DNA of 64,000 bases from Nitrospirae bacterium MYbin3 (GCA_002753335.1 PEAD01000014.1:1-64000); one strand, 5' to 3'; positions 36,289 through 46,727 are shown, numbered from the stretch's first letter. Translations and numbers: made by a program. The notes: generated by a model not told the origin, from the letters alone.

Positions 36289-37338
36289 ATGAGAAGATTG
36301 ACAGCTCTTTTTATTATGCTTGCTGTGATATTTGTTTTTTCTTGCGTTTGTTTTGCTGCACCTGCGGGCGAAATTAAGGCAATGAGCGGGGATGTATCTT
36401 ACAGGGACCGGAACAATGTTCCGTATAATGCCGCTGCTGTGGGCACTGCCCTTGAGAAAGGCTGGTGGGTTAAAACCGGAGCTGATGGATGGGCCGAACT
36501 TCTTCTGCCTGATGGAACTAAGATAACCCTTGCCAACAACACCGAGATCGAGATAACCGAATTCACTATGGCCAAGAAGAAGAAAGAGGCTGTGCTAAAT
36601 CTTATGCAGGGCAAGATTAAGGCGAACATAATCAAGCCGGTCGGCGAAAAGATGAACTATACAGTTAAAAGCCCTTCTGCCGTTATTGGGGTGCGCGGCA
36701 CCGAGTTTATGATGATGAATCAGGGTTTTGCCAACGTGTTTTTCGGCAATGAGGGCGTTGCCGATGTATCGGGAGATTCGAAAGAGAAGAAAGCGCTTAC
36801 CGGCAATACGGTTGTGCAAAATACAAGGGGATATGTACCTACAGACCCGGTTGATATAAAGCCCGACACGCCGCTTGCTACAGCAAAGCAGAACTTCAGC
36901 GATATTACGGCAGCACAGCCTCCAAAAGATTGGGAGGCCTCGAACAACCTGCCTCACATTGTTGCGAGATGGAATGTTAACTACGGCCACTATCTTGCCG
37001 ACTCCGGAAAATACGAGCAGGCTCTTTATGTCTTTCAGATAGCATTGGATCTGACCTCATCTCCTGAGATAAGGAGCGACGCACGTCTTGAGCGCGGAGC
37101 GGTTTATGCGAGTTTTCTTCGTAATCCCGAAGCCGCACTATCGGAATACCTGCTGGTTATAGAGGAATATCCTAATGTGCCGCAGAGAGAAGTTGCCCTG
37201 TTTCAGGCCGCAATGACGCTGAAGGAGCTTGGGTTTAATGATCAGGCAAAGCAGAGGTTTCAGCAGTATCTCAAAGAATATCCAACAGGCAAAAAAGCGG
37301 GCAATGCAGAGACTATGTTGAATCTATTGAATAAGTAG
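36289..37338 (+). CDS. Exported FecR-like domain + TPR protein
   Basis: Signal peptide; KTGADG.A.L.LPDGT and SPSAVIGVRGTEF; TPR-like C-terminus (EYPT.KKA). Confidence 0.8.
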   Translation: MRRLTALFIMLAVIFVFSCVCFAAPAGEIKAMSGDVSYRDRNNVPYNAAAVGTALEKGWWVKTGADGWAELLLPDGTKITLANNTEIEITEFTMAKKKKEAVLNLMQGKIKANIIKPVGEKMNYTVKSPSAVIGVRGTEFMMMNQGFANVFFGNEGVADVSGDSKEKKALTGNTVVQNTRGYVPTDPVDIKPDTPLATAKQNFSDITAAQPPKDWEASNNLPHIVARWNVNYGHYLADSGKYEQALYVFQIALDLTSSPEIRSDARLERGAVYASFLRNPEAALSEYLLVIEEYPNVPQREVALFQAAMTLKELGFNDQAKQRFQQYLKEYPTGKKAGNAETMLNLLNK

Positions 37339-37942
37339 ATTTACGGGTTATCAGAATTCCGGTTCCTATTCCTAGCACCGCTCCTCCGATAATGTCTGAC
37401 GGGAAATGGGAAATCCCCATCAGACGATCGAATGCGGTAAGAATGCCAAACCCATAGAAAAGAAGCGTATATTTCGGGAAGATTCTTGACATCAAATATG
37501 CAAGGCAAAATGCGGTTGTGGTATGGCCTGATGGGAAGGAATCGTAGTTTATGTCCAGTGTCGGCCCTATGAAAGCGGTTGATTCTCCCAAGCGAGGCCT
37601 TGCTCTGCCGAGCAGATGCTTTGCTGCCTGGACCGCTACGCCTGATACTACAAAACCTATCGCAAGCGTTTTCCCGATTTCCATAATCTTCTTGTTAAAG
37701 AATCTTCCATAAATGTAAAGTGCTACGGCGGCTATTATCAAGGGCGAGCCGTGGGTGATGAATTTGATAGCCGGTCTCAGCGGGGAGTAAAACTCTAAAG
37801 AGCCTGATTGTTTAAGGCTTCTTAACCATGCGGTCAAAGGAGCATCCAAACAGCACATAAAGATTGCTATAAATACCGCGGCAGAAACCAACATTGCGAT
37901 ATGCAATGTGTTATTTTTCGAAAAGCGCGTATTGTCCGTCAT
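37313..37942 (-). CDS. PAP2-family membrane phosphatase
   Basis: K..LGRARP, SFPSGH and R....HFPSD motifs. Confidence 0.88.
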   Translation of the reverse strand: MTDNTRFSKNNTLHIAMLVSAAVFIAIFMCCLDAPLTAWLRSLKQSGSLEFYSPLRPAIKFITHGSPLIIAAVALYIYGRFFNKKIMEIGKTLAIGFVVSGVAVQAAKHLLGRARPRLGESTAFIGPTLDINYDSFPSGHTTTAFCLAYLMSRIFPKYTLLFYGFGILTAFDRLMGISHFPSDIIGGAVLGIGTGILITRKSTYSIDST

Positions 37943-39458
37943 CCCTGATTAATCTTAATCCAGCCTCTTCCATTATCGCTCTGTTTTTCGAGCCTGTGAT
38001 GGCAAGTGCATTTTTTTTGTCCTGAAGAAATGAGTAAAGGTTTTTTGCATCGCCTATCTGCGCGACCATCCGGTCGGAGTAAAAAACAATGCTTGGTTTG
38101 TTAATATTGTATGCGATAATTTTTTGCTCGCTTGCGGTTTTTTCTTTTGCGTAAATGCTGTAAGTGTGGAGGGTTCCCTGCAGATGCTTGCTGGCTAAAG
38201 GAAGAGCGTTTGCGGCAATAATCACGATGAATGCTCCGCTTAAAACCGCAATCTGAACTGTTGCCTCTTTATTTTTGAAAAAAGCATAAAGGGTATAGGC
38301 GCTAAGCCCGAGCATTACGGCGGCTATCCCATACGTCCATGAAATATCGGCTGCCAATATTTTGGGAATGTATTTGGGCAGAATTATAAAAATGATTCCT
38401 ATTGCAGCAGCAGATACGAATGTAAAAATGTATTCGAACTTTTTCCTGCCTGCCGCAGACCTAATCCCATAAGCGGCCAATATTGCTGCTGCGGGAACAG
38501 CAGGGAAGATATAGTTCGGCAGTTTTGTTGATGATACCGAGAAGAATATAAAAACAAACGCAAACCAGACTAGCGCGAAAAGGGCGAACCGGTCGGTTTT
38601 CTTTAACGCTGTTTTTATTCCTGCCGGAAGGAAGGCTATCCATGGAAATATTCCTGCCGCAAGAACCGGGATGTAGTAATAAAAACCGCCGCTGTGGCCC
38701 GAATTTGCTTCAGCATATCTCTTGAAATGATGCTTGATAAAAAACTGGTCGATGAATTCCTGTCCGTTTATTGCGAGTTGGGCTAGGTACCACGGGGCGC
38801 CGGTCATTAAAAACAGCAGTGAGCCTTTAAGGCTGAATATTTTTCGGACGCCTTTTACCCCTTCCGTAATAAGCATATAAACTGCCGCTATGCCAAAAGG
38901 GAATATTATTCCGATAAGCCCCTTGGTAAGAAATGCGATGGCCGAGAACACATGAAAAGCATAATGATAGCCGCGCGCGCGGTCTTTAGAAACAGAGCTT
39001 TCATGAATATAGCAATAAAAGCATAAGAGAGATAAGCTGATGAAAAGCGCCAGAGTCATGTCAACGACAGCTGCATGAGAGTATGCGAAAAAATAAAGCG
39101 AAAATATGAATGCGGCAGCCGCATAAAAAGCGATATTATCGTCCGAGGTCACTTTTCTCGTCATCATAAAAAGCGTTAGTGCAAGTAGTATTGCCGTAAC
39201 TGCTGACGGGAAGCGCGCCCCGAATTCTGACACCCCGAACATTTTGTAGGACAGGATCATCAGCCAGTAAAAAAATATAGGCTTGTCATAGCGGTTTGCA
39301 CCGTTGTATGTCGGCGTTATCCATTCGTCATTTTGAACCATTTCTTTGGATGCCTGAGAGAATACAGCCTCATCCACATCAAAGAGCGGCACCGAACCGA
39401 GGTCGAAGAAAGCGAGCAGCAGGGTGCATATTGTTAGAGCGAGAAGCTGTTTTTTCAT
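37911..39458 (-). CDS. ArnT/PMT-family (GT83/GT39) glycosyltransferase
   Basis: DVDEA..., DKP..YWL, ARFPSA, LTKG and TKLPNYI; multi-TM. Confidence 0.88.
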   Translation of the reverse strand: MKKQLLALTICTLLLAFFDLGSVPLFDVDEAVFSQASKEMVQNDEWITPTYNGANRYDKPIFFYWLMILSYKMFGVSEFGARFPSAVTAILLALTLFMMTRKVTSDDNIAFYAAAAFIFSLYFFAYSHAAVVDMTLALFISLSLLCFYCYIHESSVSKDRARGYHYAFHVFSAIAFLTKGLIGIIFPFGIAAVYMLITEGVKGVRKIFSLKGSLLFLMTGAPWYLAQLAINGQEFIDQFFIKHHFKRYAEANSGHSGGFYYYIPVLAAGIFPWIAFLPAGIKTALKKTDRFALFALVWFAFVFIFFSVSSTKLPNYIFPAVPAAAILAAYGIRSAAGRKKFEYIFTFVSAAAIGIIFIILPKYIPKILAADISWTYGIAAVMLGLSAYTLYAFFKNKEATVQIAVLSGAFIVIIAANALPLASKHLQGTLHTYSIYAKEKTASEQKIIAYNINKPSIVFYSDRMVAQIGDAKNLYSFLQDKKNALAITGSKNRAIMEEAGLRLIRDDGQYALFEK

Positions 39459-39487
39459 CTGAATATTATAACCGGTTAATCTGTTTG

Positions 39488-41428
39488 TTATTGGATTTTT
39501 TGTTTTAAAGGCAACGTAAATATAAATCTGCTGCCTTTTCCAAATTCGCTTTCAACCCAAATCTTTCCCCCGTGCAGTTCAATCAGATTCTTTGACAGTG
39601 CAAGGCCAAGACCTGTGCCTTCATGTTTCCTGGTGTAAGAAGAATCGAGCTGAACAAATTCTCTGAAAAGTTTTGGTATGTCATCTTCTTTTATCCCGAT
39701 TCCGGTATCTTCAACCGAAATTTCAACATAGTCTTTGCTTGTATTTTTCGCGCGCACTGTTACCTGCCCACCTTTAGGCGTGAATTTAAGGGCATTGCTG
39801 AGAAGGTTGTAGAGTATCTGTTTGAGTCTTTTGTAATCGGCGCACAAATTGTCCGTAACATCCGGTTCTATTTCAACATTTATTTTTACCTGATGATTCA
39901 ATGCTGCTGCGGTTATTATCTTCAATGATGAGTTCAGCACATCTCTTAGGCTGAATGTTGTCAATTCAAGGGCAATCTCGCCTAATGTAAAATCTGAGAA
40001 ATCAAGTATTTCATTCACAAGTTCCAGAAGATGCTTGCCGCTTTTAAGTATATACCCAATCTCTTCCTTTTGTTTCTGATCCAGTTCTTCGTAAGTCAGT
40101 ATCATGTCAGAAAAACCTATGATAGAGTTCAAAGGAGTTCTCAGTTCGTGGCTCATGTTGGCAAGGAAGAGACTCTTAGTATGATTTGCTGCATCCGCTC
40201 TCTTTTTTTCTATGCTGAGTTCCTGCATCATGCGCTTACGCTCTGTTATGTCGCGAGATATTGTAAGCACATGCGGTACCCCACCAATCATAATTTTAGA
40301 TGAATGAACTTCTACATCAATCATAGAACCGTCTTTGCGCCGCTGGGATGTCTCAACCGTTACGGCTTCTCCGGACAGGATGCGGTCAACTATGAGCCTA
40401 AGTGCATCGGGTGGGAAATTAGGGTCAATATCAGAGATGCTCAAACCTAATAATTCATCCCGTGTATATCCAAGATTGCGGCAGGTGGATTCATTGCAAT
40501 CTACAATGCGCCCCTCTCTATCAACGACGTGTATGTCATCAACCGCTTTTTCGAACAGAGTTTTAAATTTTTCTTCGCTTTCCTGCTGTGCGTCTTCTGC
40601 TTTCTTTTGTTCAGTTATGTCCCAGAAAAATCCCAATATGCCGGTAACATTACCGCCTTCATCCTTAATTGATTTTTTTACTGTGCGCACCCAGAACTCT
40701 TGCCCGTCTTTTATGTATTGCTCTTCTATGCTTTCGGATCGGCCCTGTTCAATAAGCCTTCTGTCATCTGCCCTGTATTTCTCAGCAAGCTCTTTAGGAT
40801 AAAAATCGTAATCTGTTTTGCCTGCGATTTCATCTGGTCTAATTTTCAGATCATCGGCATAGTTTTTGTTGCAGGAAATATATACAGAGTCCTTGTTCTT
40901 AAAAAATATCTTCTGCTGAAGATTTTCGAGAAGTGTATTGCATTTGTTCTCACACGCCTGCATTTCCTCCTTAATCCTAACTCTCACAGAAATGTCGTGT
41001 ATTATGCCGCAGGCCACTTTTTGCCCCGTATAAAGAGGAATGAAAGTGCCTGATATCTGAACCGGAAATACAGTGCCGTCTTTCTTTTTATGGTAGCGTA
41101 CCGGAATATGAATGGACTGCTTTAATTCAAGTTCTTTTATGGAAATATCTGAAGCAGCCTGCTCTGAGGTTATGTCACTATGGGTCATTTTTAAAAACTC
41201 TTCCCTGTTGTACCCATACATATTTTCGGCCGCTTTGTTTATGTCTATAATCTGCTTTGTTGTAATATCAAACAAAATTATTGCGTCTTGGGCTGAATGG
41301 AATAGCTGCCTGAATCTTTCTTCGGTATCTTTTTTGTCCTTTACTTCTGATTCCAGTTCCTTTATTTTCAGGCGTAGCCGTTCTAATTCTTCGATAAGCT
41401 GCTTGTTTGATTTATTGTCATCCGTCAT
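39488..41428 (-). CDS. Cytoplasmic multi-PAS sensor histidine kinase
   Basis: Three PAS/PAC repeats; [30 protein letters not shown] and GTGLGL. Confidence 0.92.
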   Translation of the reverse strand: MTDDNKSNKQLIEELERLRLKIKELESEVKDKKDTEERFRQLFHSAQDAIILFDITTKQIIDINKAAENMYGYNREEFLKMTHSDITSEQAASDISIKELELKQSIHIPVRYHKKKDGTVFPVQISGTFIPLYTGQKVACGIIHDISVRVRIKEEMQACENKCNTLLENLQQKIFFKNKDSVYISCNKNYADDLKIRPDEIAGKTDYDFYPKELAEKYRADDRRLIEQGRSESIEEQYIKDGQEFWVRTVKKSIKDEGGNVTGILGFFWDITEQKKAEDAQQESEEKFKTLFEKAVDDIHVVDREGRIVDCNESTCRNLGYTRDELLGLSISDIDPNFPPDALRLIVDRILSGEAVTVETSQRRKDGSMIDVEVHSSKIMIGGVPHVLTISRDITERKRMMQELSIEKKRADAANHTKSLFLANMSHELRTPLNSIIGFSDMILTYEELDQKQKEEIGYILKSGKHLLELVNEILDFSDFTLGEIALELTTFSLRDVLNSSLKIITAAALNHQVKINVEIEPDVTDNLCADYKRLKQILYNLLSNALKFTPKGGQVTVRAKNTSKDYVEISVEDTGIGIKEDDIPKLFREFVQLDSSYTRKHEGTGLGLALSKNLIELHGGKIWVESEFGKGSRFIFTLPLKQKIQ

Positions 41429-41494
41429 ATATAGTTTCCAACAAGTGCAAGAGAATTAACTCTTGTTAATAATAGCACAGTTGCCGAAAATCAC

Positions 41495-43096
41495 TTAATC
41501 TCTGAGCTTGAATGAATAGTTTAGTCCTTTATTGTTGAACATTCCTGAATTGCCTGATGAGACGCAGCAGTTGAAATAGTTGTATAGACGCGATGTGTTT
41601 TTAACCGGCTTCACAAAGAATACTGCATCAAATATTCTGATACTATGAACAGAAGATTTGATTTCATCTTTAAAGGCGGGTTTGTTTGAGTCATAAATGT
41701 TTTTCCATTCTCCCAAACGGTGTTCCGAGAATCCGTAATGAAGAACGATTTTTTTAATGTCTGCTTCATCCTCAAAAACGATTCTGCATTGTTCCTTGTA
41801 TTGTTTGTGCAGAGGATTGTTTTTTGCGATTATGAAAACCGGAAAATTAATCTCTATAAAGTCCGGTCTGTCTTTGAATATCCTGAAGCTGAAGCCCGAG
41901 TCGAAAGATACATTTGATATGGGGCGGTTAAGCAGACCAAGACGTTCAAGTTTGGAGCGTTCATAGAAGTAAGCTTCGATAGCTTTGCGAATGCTTCGGT
42001 TCAGGTAGAGGCGCATATCTTCGACGGTTCCGCCGTATCTCGGAAGCGCCAAGATTTCGCTTCGGTCCCCGAAAATGGCCGGGGGGAGCCCTTTTTTTAA
42101 AAGCATGTAGTTTATGAAGCATCTGCCAACCCTTCCGTTTGAATCTATGAAAGGATGGATGCCTAGAAACATGTAGTAAGCGAGCGCAAGGCTGCTGATA
42201 AAGGCTTCTAGGCTGTTGGTTTTTTTTGAAGCTTTCCCGAGCGTTTCGTCAAGGTGTTTTATTTCGCGCTCGAAATTTCCGAATTCCAGCGTAACTCCGT
42301 TTTTATCTTCGAAATCGTGCTGCCTGAAATCGCCTGCGTGCGGGTCTATGTCCACCGAAATCATGTAGTGTATCTTCTTTAACAGGTCAAGCCCTGTTTC
42401 CTTGAAATCATCGGGCTTGGAGAAACTGTTTCTGCAAAGCTCCAGAAGGTTTCTGTTCCCGATAAGCTTTAGTGTTTTTTCTGACATTAGATTTTGATGT
42501 CCCATGCTGCCTTTCATTATGGTCACAGATTCGCTGCCCGAAGCCAGGAAAAGTTTTTCGAATATTTTTTGGTTTGTGCTTGCTGCTGTTTCTTTTTTGA
42601 TTCGGAAATATTTTTTTAAAAATGCACTGTTTTTAAGGTCTGTTTTTTCTGACTTTGGGCGTAAGGCATAAATCAATGCAGCCGGCGTGATTGCATTCGA
42701 TTGGTTTTTTGCTGCTATGCAATACCTTACAGCCTTGTCTAGGTATTTTTCGAAGCGGCGCTTCAATATGCGCCTTATATTCGATTCGTATTCGTTCTTT
42801 ATATCTTCGAGCGCTTTCAGCAGGTCCCTGTTGACCCCATAGCCGCGATATCCGAGGGCGTGTATGGTTTCCTGTTTTTTATTGATAGACTCTATTATGG
42901 CCGAGAATTCCTCATTACAGGAGCTCCATACTGTGTAGTATTCGAGAATTTCGTTGGGGCTTACCGGTTTGGCGCGTTCAAGTTCAACGAGCCTGGTGAT
43001 GATGTTGTGCAGCCGGTCTCTTATAGAGTTTAACAGGTCATTGCAGTGGTGGTCCCATTGGTAGGCTAAAACGAAATACCCGGCCCTGTGCGGCAT
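41495..43096 (-). CDS. Fic-domain protein with long N-terminal region and CBM-like C-terminal domain
   Basis: HPFIDSNGRVGR Fic motif; LKKIH..I...AGDFR; C-terminal LHYG..W.N.YD ... FNCC....G.FNNKGLNYSF. Confidence 0.82.
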   Translation of the reverse strand: MPHRAGYFVLAYQWDHHCNDLLNSIRDRLHNIITRLVELERAKPVSPNEILEYYTVWSSCNEEFSAIIESINKKQETIHALGYRGYGVNRDLLKALEDIKNEYESNIRRILKRRFEKYLDKAVRYCIAAKNQSNAITPAALIYALRPKSEKTDLKNSAFLKKYFRIKKETAASTNQKIFEKLFLASGSESVTIMKGSMGHQNLMSEKTLKLIGNRNLLELCRNSFSKPDDFKETGLDLLKKIHYMISVDIDPHAGDFRQHDFEDKNGVTLEFGNFEREIKHLDETLGKASKKTNSLEAFISSLALAYYMFLGIHPFIDSNGRVGRCFINYMLLKKGLPPAIFGDRSEILALPRYGGTVEDMRLYLNRSIRKAIEAYFYERSKLERLGLLNRPISNVSFDSGFSFRIFKDRPDFIEINFPVFIIAKNNPLHKQYKEQCRIVFEDEADIKKIVLHYGFSEHRLGEWKNIYDSNKPAFKDEIKSSVHSIRIFDAVFFVKPVKNTSRLYNYFNCCVSSGNSGMFNNKGLNYSFKLRD

Positions 43097-43102
43097 TGTT
43101 TA

Positions 43103-44062
43103 TTACCTTAGAACCGCAAAGACGCCGCAGTGGTCGCTTAGTTCGGGGTTCTTCAGAACGAGAGATGAGGACTGAATTTCGGCATCCCCCTTTACCATTA
43201 TGTAATCTATTCTGTTTGTGGGCGCATCCGAAGGGTATGTTGCACCTCCTGTGGCATTGCAATGCCGGTATGCGTCATTGAATCCGTTCTCTGCAAGAAA
43301 CAGCATAGCCGGAGAATCGGCGTTATCATTAAAATCGCCGGCTATAATCTGACAGTAGTATTTATTTTTATAGAGCCTGTCTATTTCTTTCAGCAGTTTT
43401 TTTGCCTGTGCAAGCCTTATGCTTTTATTCTTGTTGTAGTCCAGATGAACCGATGCAAAGAGTATTTCTTTACCGTATAGTCTAACCTCGCATGCAGAAG
43501 CAAAGCGCGCCATGCTAGGTTTAAGTCCTTTTTCGAGGCCCTTGTTCAGGTCTATAGTCTGTTTGTTTGCTTGAGCAGAGTTTGTTACGGCAGCCACCCC
43601 TTCGGGATATTTGTCCATGAAAAGGTGACATAGCGCGAAATGAGCTCTGTAGTGGCGGCCTGTCATATGTGATAGGTTTTTGGCTATCACGCCTGCTGTG
43701 TCTTCTCCCCCGGATTGAATCGCTTCCTGAAAGGCGCAGATGTCGGGAGCGAGGCTGCTCAGTTCTCTAGATATGAGCAGAGGCCTTGAGCTATTATCTT
43801 TGTGCGTTCCGTGCAGATTGAAGGTGCAAACCTTTATCAATTCAGGATTTGCGGAGCGGTATGCTGCAAAGTCTTCTTCGGTCAGAATGCCGATGGTTTT
43901 GTTTTTTTCATAACACTGCACAAGTTTCATCACATATTCTGGCGCTGCATCAAACTTGACGCAAACTTCTTCCAAACGGACACCGGTTTTTATCAGGCGT
44001 ACCATCTCGATTCTTCTGAGTATCGAATCATTGCTGTCGAGCCCATCAAGTAAGTTTAGCAT
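43103..44062 (-). CDS. N-terminal HTH-like region + EEP (endonuclease/exonuclease/phosphatase) domain
   Basis: TFNLH, AFQEA, SVHL, AGDFN, RIDYI and SDH all intact; extra ~70-aa helical N-terminus. Confidence 0.85.
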   Translation of the reverse strand: MLNLLDGLDSNDSILRRIEMVRLIKTGVRLEEVCVKFDAAPEYVMKLVQCYEKNKTIGILTEEDFAAYRSANPELIKVCTFNLHGTHKDNSSRPLLISRELSSLAPDICAFQEAIQSGGEDTAGVIAKNLSHMTGRHYRAHFALCHLFMDKYPEGVAAVTNSAQANKQTIDLNKGLEKGLKPSMARFASACEVRLYGKEILFASVHLDYNKNKSIRLAQAKKLLKEIDRLYKNKYYCQIIAGDFNDNADSPAMLFLAENGFNDAYRHCNATGGATYPSDAPTNRIDYIMVKGDAEIQSSSLVLKNPELSDHCGVFAVLR

Positions 44063-44092
44063 TCGAAATTATAGCAGGTAGCGGATTAAAAG

Positions 44093-44108
44093 TGGCATTG
44101 ACTTTGCT
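44093..44108 (+). promoter_or_regulatory. Sigma54-type -24/-12 motif
   Basis: TGGCATTGACTTTGCT: GG-N10-GC with TGGCA and TTGCT flanks. Confidence 0.5.
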
Positions 44109-44680
44109 GTTTTGTTGTTGACTTTTTATGAGGCGATTAGATTTTTCTGCAGAATATTTTGCAACTTTTTTTAAAACGTCTTGACAATTTTATAAGGCAT
44201 CTTAATCCTATGATTTCTAATAGTTTTTAACAAATGTTGGTAACTCGTTGAAAAAGGTTTTGCAAAACTGCGAAAGTCTTTTATAAATAAAGGTTTTTTT
44301 TCGTTTCTGCCTATTTTTAAGGCATTTTAAAAACTCTTTAAAATCAATTGGTTTTAAAACATGTAGGACGTTTGTATAACCGTATTTTTTTGAAAAGTTA
44401 AAGGTGTTGTTTGTTTGCAAGGTTTGGGGATGTGTTAAGAAATATTTATGAGGATAGACGTATGTTTTGCCCGCATGTTTGCGAATAAATATTGATATAG
44501 CTAGCATAGCCGCCACAGACTTTTTATAATGCCTGCGTTTGTTTGATCCTTTAAAGTGGGAGGCTCGTAAACTGTCGTATTTATTGAAGGCGGCAGCATA
44601 AAAACGCGAATGTCTTGATTTATGAACCTGCCGCATGTGAAAATCAACATAACTTTATGCGCCCCAATAATTTAAATAGC

Positions 44681-45646
44681 ATGCATGTTCTCAGAAGCTT
44701 TTGTATTGCCGCTTCTGTGATTCTTCTAGTGCTGTTCGTTGCATCGTGCGGGAAGAAGAGCAATCCGACTCTTAAGTCTTTTGAAAAGCCAGAGCCGGTC
44801 AGAATGGTAAAAGTGGAGCATCGCGGAAAAGGACTGATAGTCTCCTGGTCTTATCCTTCTTCTGCAATCAAGTCTCTAAAAGGGTTTGCCATCGAAAAAG
44901 CGGAAGACAGAGGAAATGCGGTACAGGAATTTAAAAAGATAGCGGTGCTGTCTTCGGATGCCTTGCATTATGTTGACGATAAATTCTCTGAAGGCAAAAA
45001 ATATTTTTACAAGGTGCGTCCGGTCAGTTTGCGTGAGATTTTGGGCGACGACTCGCCTGTTGTTGCAGCAGTCCCTGCAACGCTTCCTGAAAGGCCGCAA
45101 GGCCTTGCCTACAGGATAGCGGGTGATGCGGTCGAGATTTCTTGGCAAAAGGGACCTGACAAACTTCTTTATAACATTTATAGATGCGACATAAAGGGTA
45201 AGGAACAGTCAGCACCTATAAACAGCGCACCGCTTAAAGAAGCTTTTTTTAGGGATGCTATAAATCCTTCGGCCTCTATGTATTACCATGTCAAGGCATT
45301 GCTGGGCACCGATATTGTTGACGAGGGGCTTCCTTCAGATGTATTGGCTATAGGCCCAGAAGCCTTTGTGCCTGAGCGTCCTGTAGGTCTTAATTTTGTT
45401 CCGACCGCAAAAAAAGTATTTCTGCTCTGGAAAGAGAATACAGAGTCATGGGTTAAAGGCTACCGGGTTTACCGCAAGCGCTCAGGAGAAGACTCGTTTC
45501 GTTTTATAGGAGATGCTCTAGCTCCCGCTTTCAGTGATAGTGAACCTCTTGCACAAAAAACTTTTTACTATGTCACTGCTCTCGGAACGGTCAAGGAGAG
45601 CGTGCCTTCAACTGCTGTGGAAGCAAACCCGCTCGTTGAGGACTGA
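44681..45646 (+). CDS. Lipoprotein with fibronectin type III-like repeats
   Basis: Lipobox VASC-GKK; three W...Y.I/VY.R-type beta-sandwich repeats. Start uncertain. Confidence 0.78.
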   Translation: MHVLRSFCIAASVILLVLFVASCGKKSNPTLKSFEKPEPVRMVKVEHRGKGLIVSWSYPSSAIKSLKGFAIEKAEDRGNAVQEFKKIAVLSSDALHYVDDKFSEGKKYFYKVRPVSLREILGDDSPVVAAVPATLPERPQGLAYRIAGDAVEISWQKGPDKLLYNIYRCDIKGKEQSAPINSAPLKEAFFRDAINPSASMYYHVKALLGTDIVDEGLPSDVLAIGPEAFVPERPVGLNFVPTAKKVFLLWKENTESWVKGYRVYRKRSGEDSFRFIGDALAPAFSDSEPLAQKTFYYVTALGTVKESVPSTAVEANPLVED

Positions 45647-45648
45647 GT

Positions 45649-46674
45649 TTGGATAAGATTCTGCTCGGCCATGGAAGCGGTGGCAGGCTTATGCATCAGC
45701 TTGTTCGCGAACATTTTGCACCGGCCTTTTCGATCGCAGATCTCTCCGATTCCGCGGTTATCGATATTGCCTTAACAGGACTTTGCGAGCAGGGCGCAAG
45801 GCTTGCCTTTACAACCGATTCGTATGTGGTTTCTCCTCTTTTCTTCCCCGGAGGCAACATAGGAGAGCTTGCGGTAAATGGCACCTTAAATGATCTAGCA
45901 ATGGTTGGAGCCAAGCCGCTATACCTTACCGCCGGCTTTATTATTGAAGAAGGTTTTTCCGGTTCGGAACTTGAGAAGGTTCTTTCTTCGATGTCGGCTG
46001 CCGCAAAAAATGCGGGTGTTAAAGTTGTTGCCGGAGACACGAAGGTTGTTGACAGGGGCAAGGGCGACGGAATCTTTATCAATACTGCCGGAATTGGTGT
46101 TGTTCACCCGTCTGTTAATCTTTCTTCCAAGAAAATAGCTCCGGGCGATGCAGTAATCGTGAGCGGTTTTATAGGCAGCCATGGAATATCTGTTATGGCA
46201 GAAAGGAACGGTCTTACTTTTGACCCGCCGGTGCTGAGCGATACAGTTGCACTGAACGGTCTTGTTGAGGCGATGATGAACTGCACAAAAAATTTAAAGG
46301 TGATGAGAGACCCGACGCGCGGAGGGGTTGCGACCACTCTTAAGGAGCTTGCGCTAGAATCGGGCGTATGCATATCAATAGACGAAAAGGCGCTGCCGAT
46401 AACTGGTGGTGTCAAGGGTGCATGCGAGCTTTTAGGTTTGGACCCTCTCTATGTTGCGAATGAGGGTATCCTTATCGCCATTGTTCAGCAGGATTCGGCA
46501 GAGTCTTTGCTGGCCGAAATGAAGCGGCATCCTTTAGCCAGCAACTCTGCCATAATAGGCAGGGCAGTAGGCCCTGATGCAGGCAAGTCCGGAAAGGTTT
46601 TACTAAGGACCGCTATTGGCGGTTCTCGCATCATCGATATGCTTCAGGGCGAACAGCTTCCGAGGATATGTTAG
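45649..46674 (+). CDS. hypE: Hydrogenase maturation protein HypE
   Basis: HGSGG, FTTDSYVVSPLFFPGG, GDTKVV, MRDPTRGG, ANEG and C-terminal PRIC. Confidence 0.96.
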   Translation: MDKILLGHGSGGRLMHQLVREHFAPAFSIADLSDSAVIDIALTGLCEQGARLAFTTDSYVVSPLFFPGGNIGELAVNGTLNDLAMVGAKPLYLTAGFIIEEGFSGSELEKVLSSMSAAAKNAGVKVVAGDTKVVDRGKGDGIFINTAGIGVVHPSVNLSSKKIAPGDAVIVSGFIGSHGISVMAERNGLTFDPPVLSDTVALNGLVEAMMNCTKNLKVMRDPTRGGVATTLKELALESGVCISIDEKALPITGGVKGACELLGLDPLYVANEGILIAIVQQDSAESLLAEMKRHPLASNSAIIGRAVGPDAGKSGKVLLRTAIGGSRIIDMLQGEQLPRIC

Positions 46675-46727
46675 AATAAAAGACTAAATCCGGCCCGTTA
46701 TGCGGCCGAATGGAGGTTTTAGGGGAT

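Noticed and set aside
43850..44062. Transposase remnant
   Set aside because: The HTH-like segment is fused in frame to an intact EEP domain; no DDE domain or terminal repeats seen
44217..44636. 139-aa minus-strand ORF
   Set aside because: K/F/N-rich composition reflects AT-rich DNA; no motif or RBS
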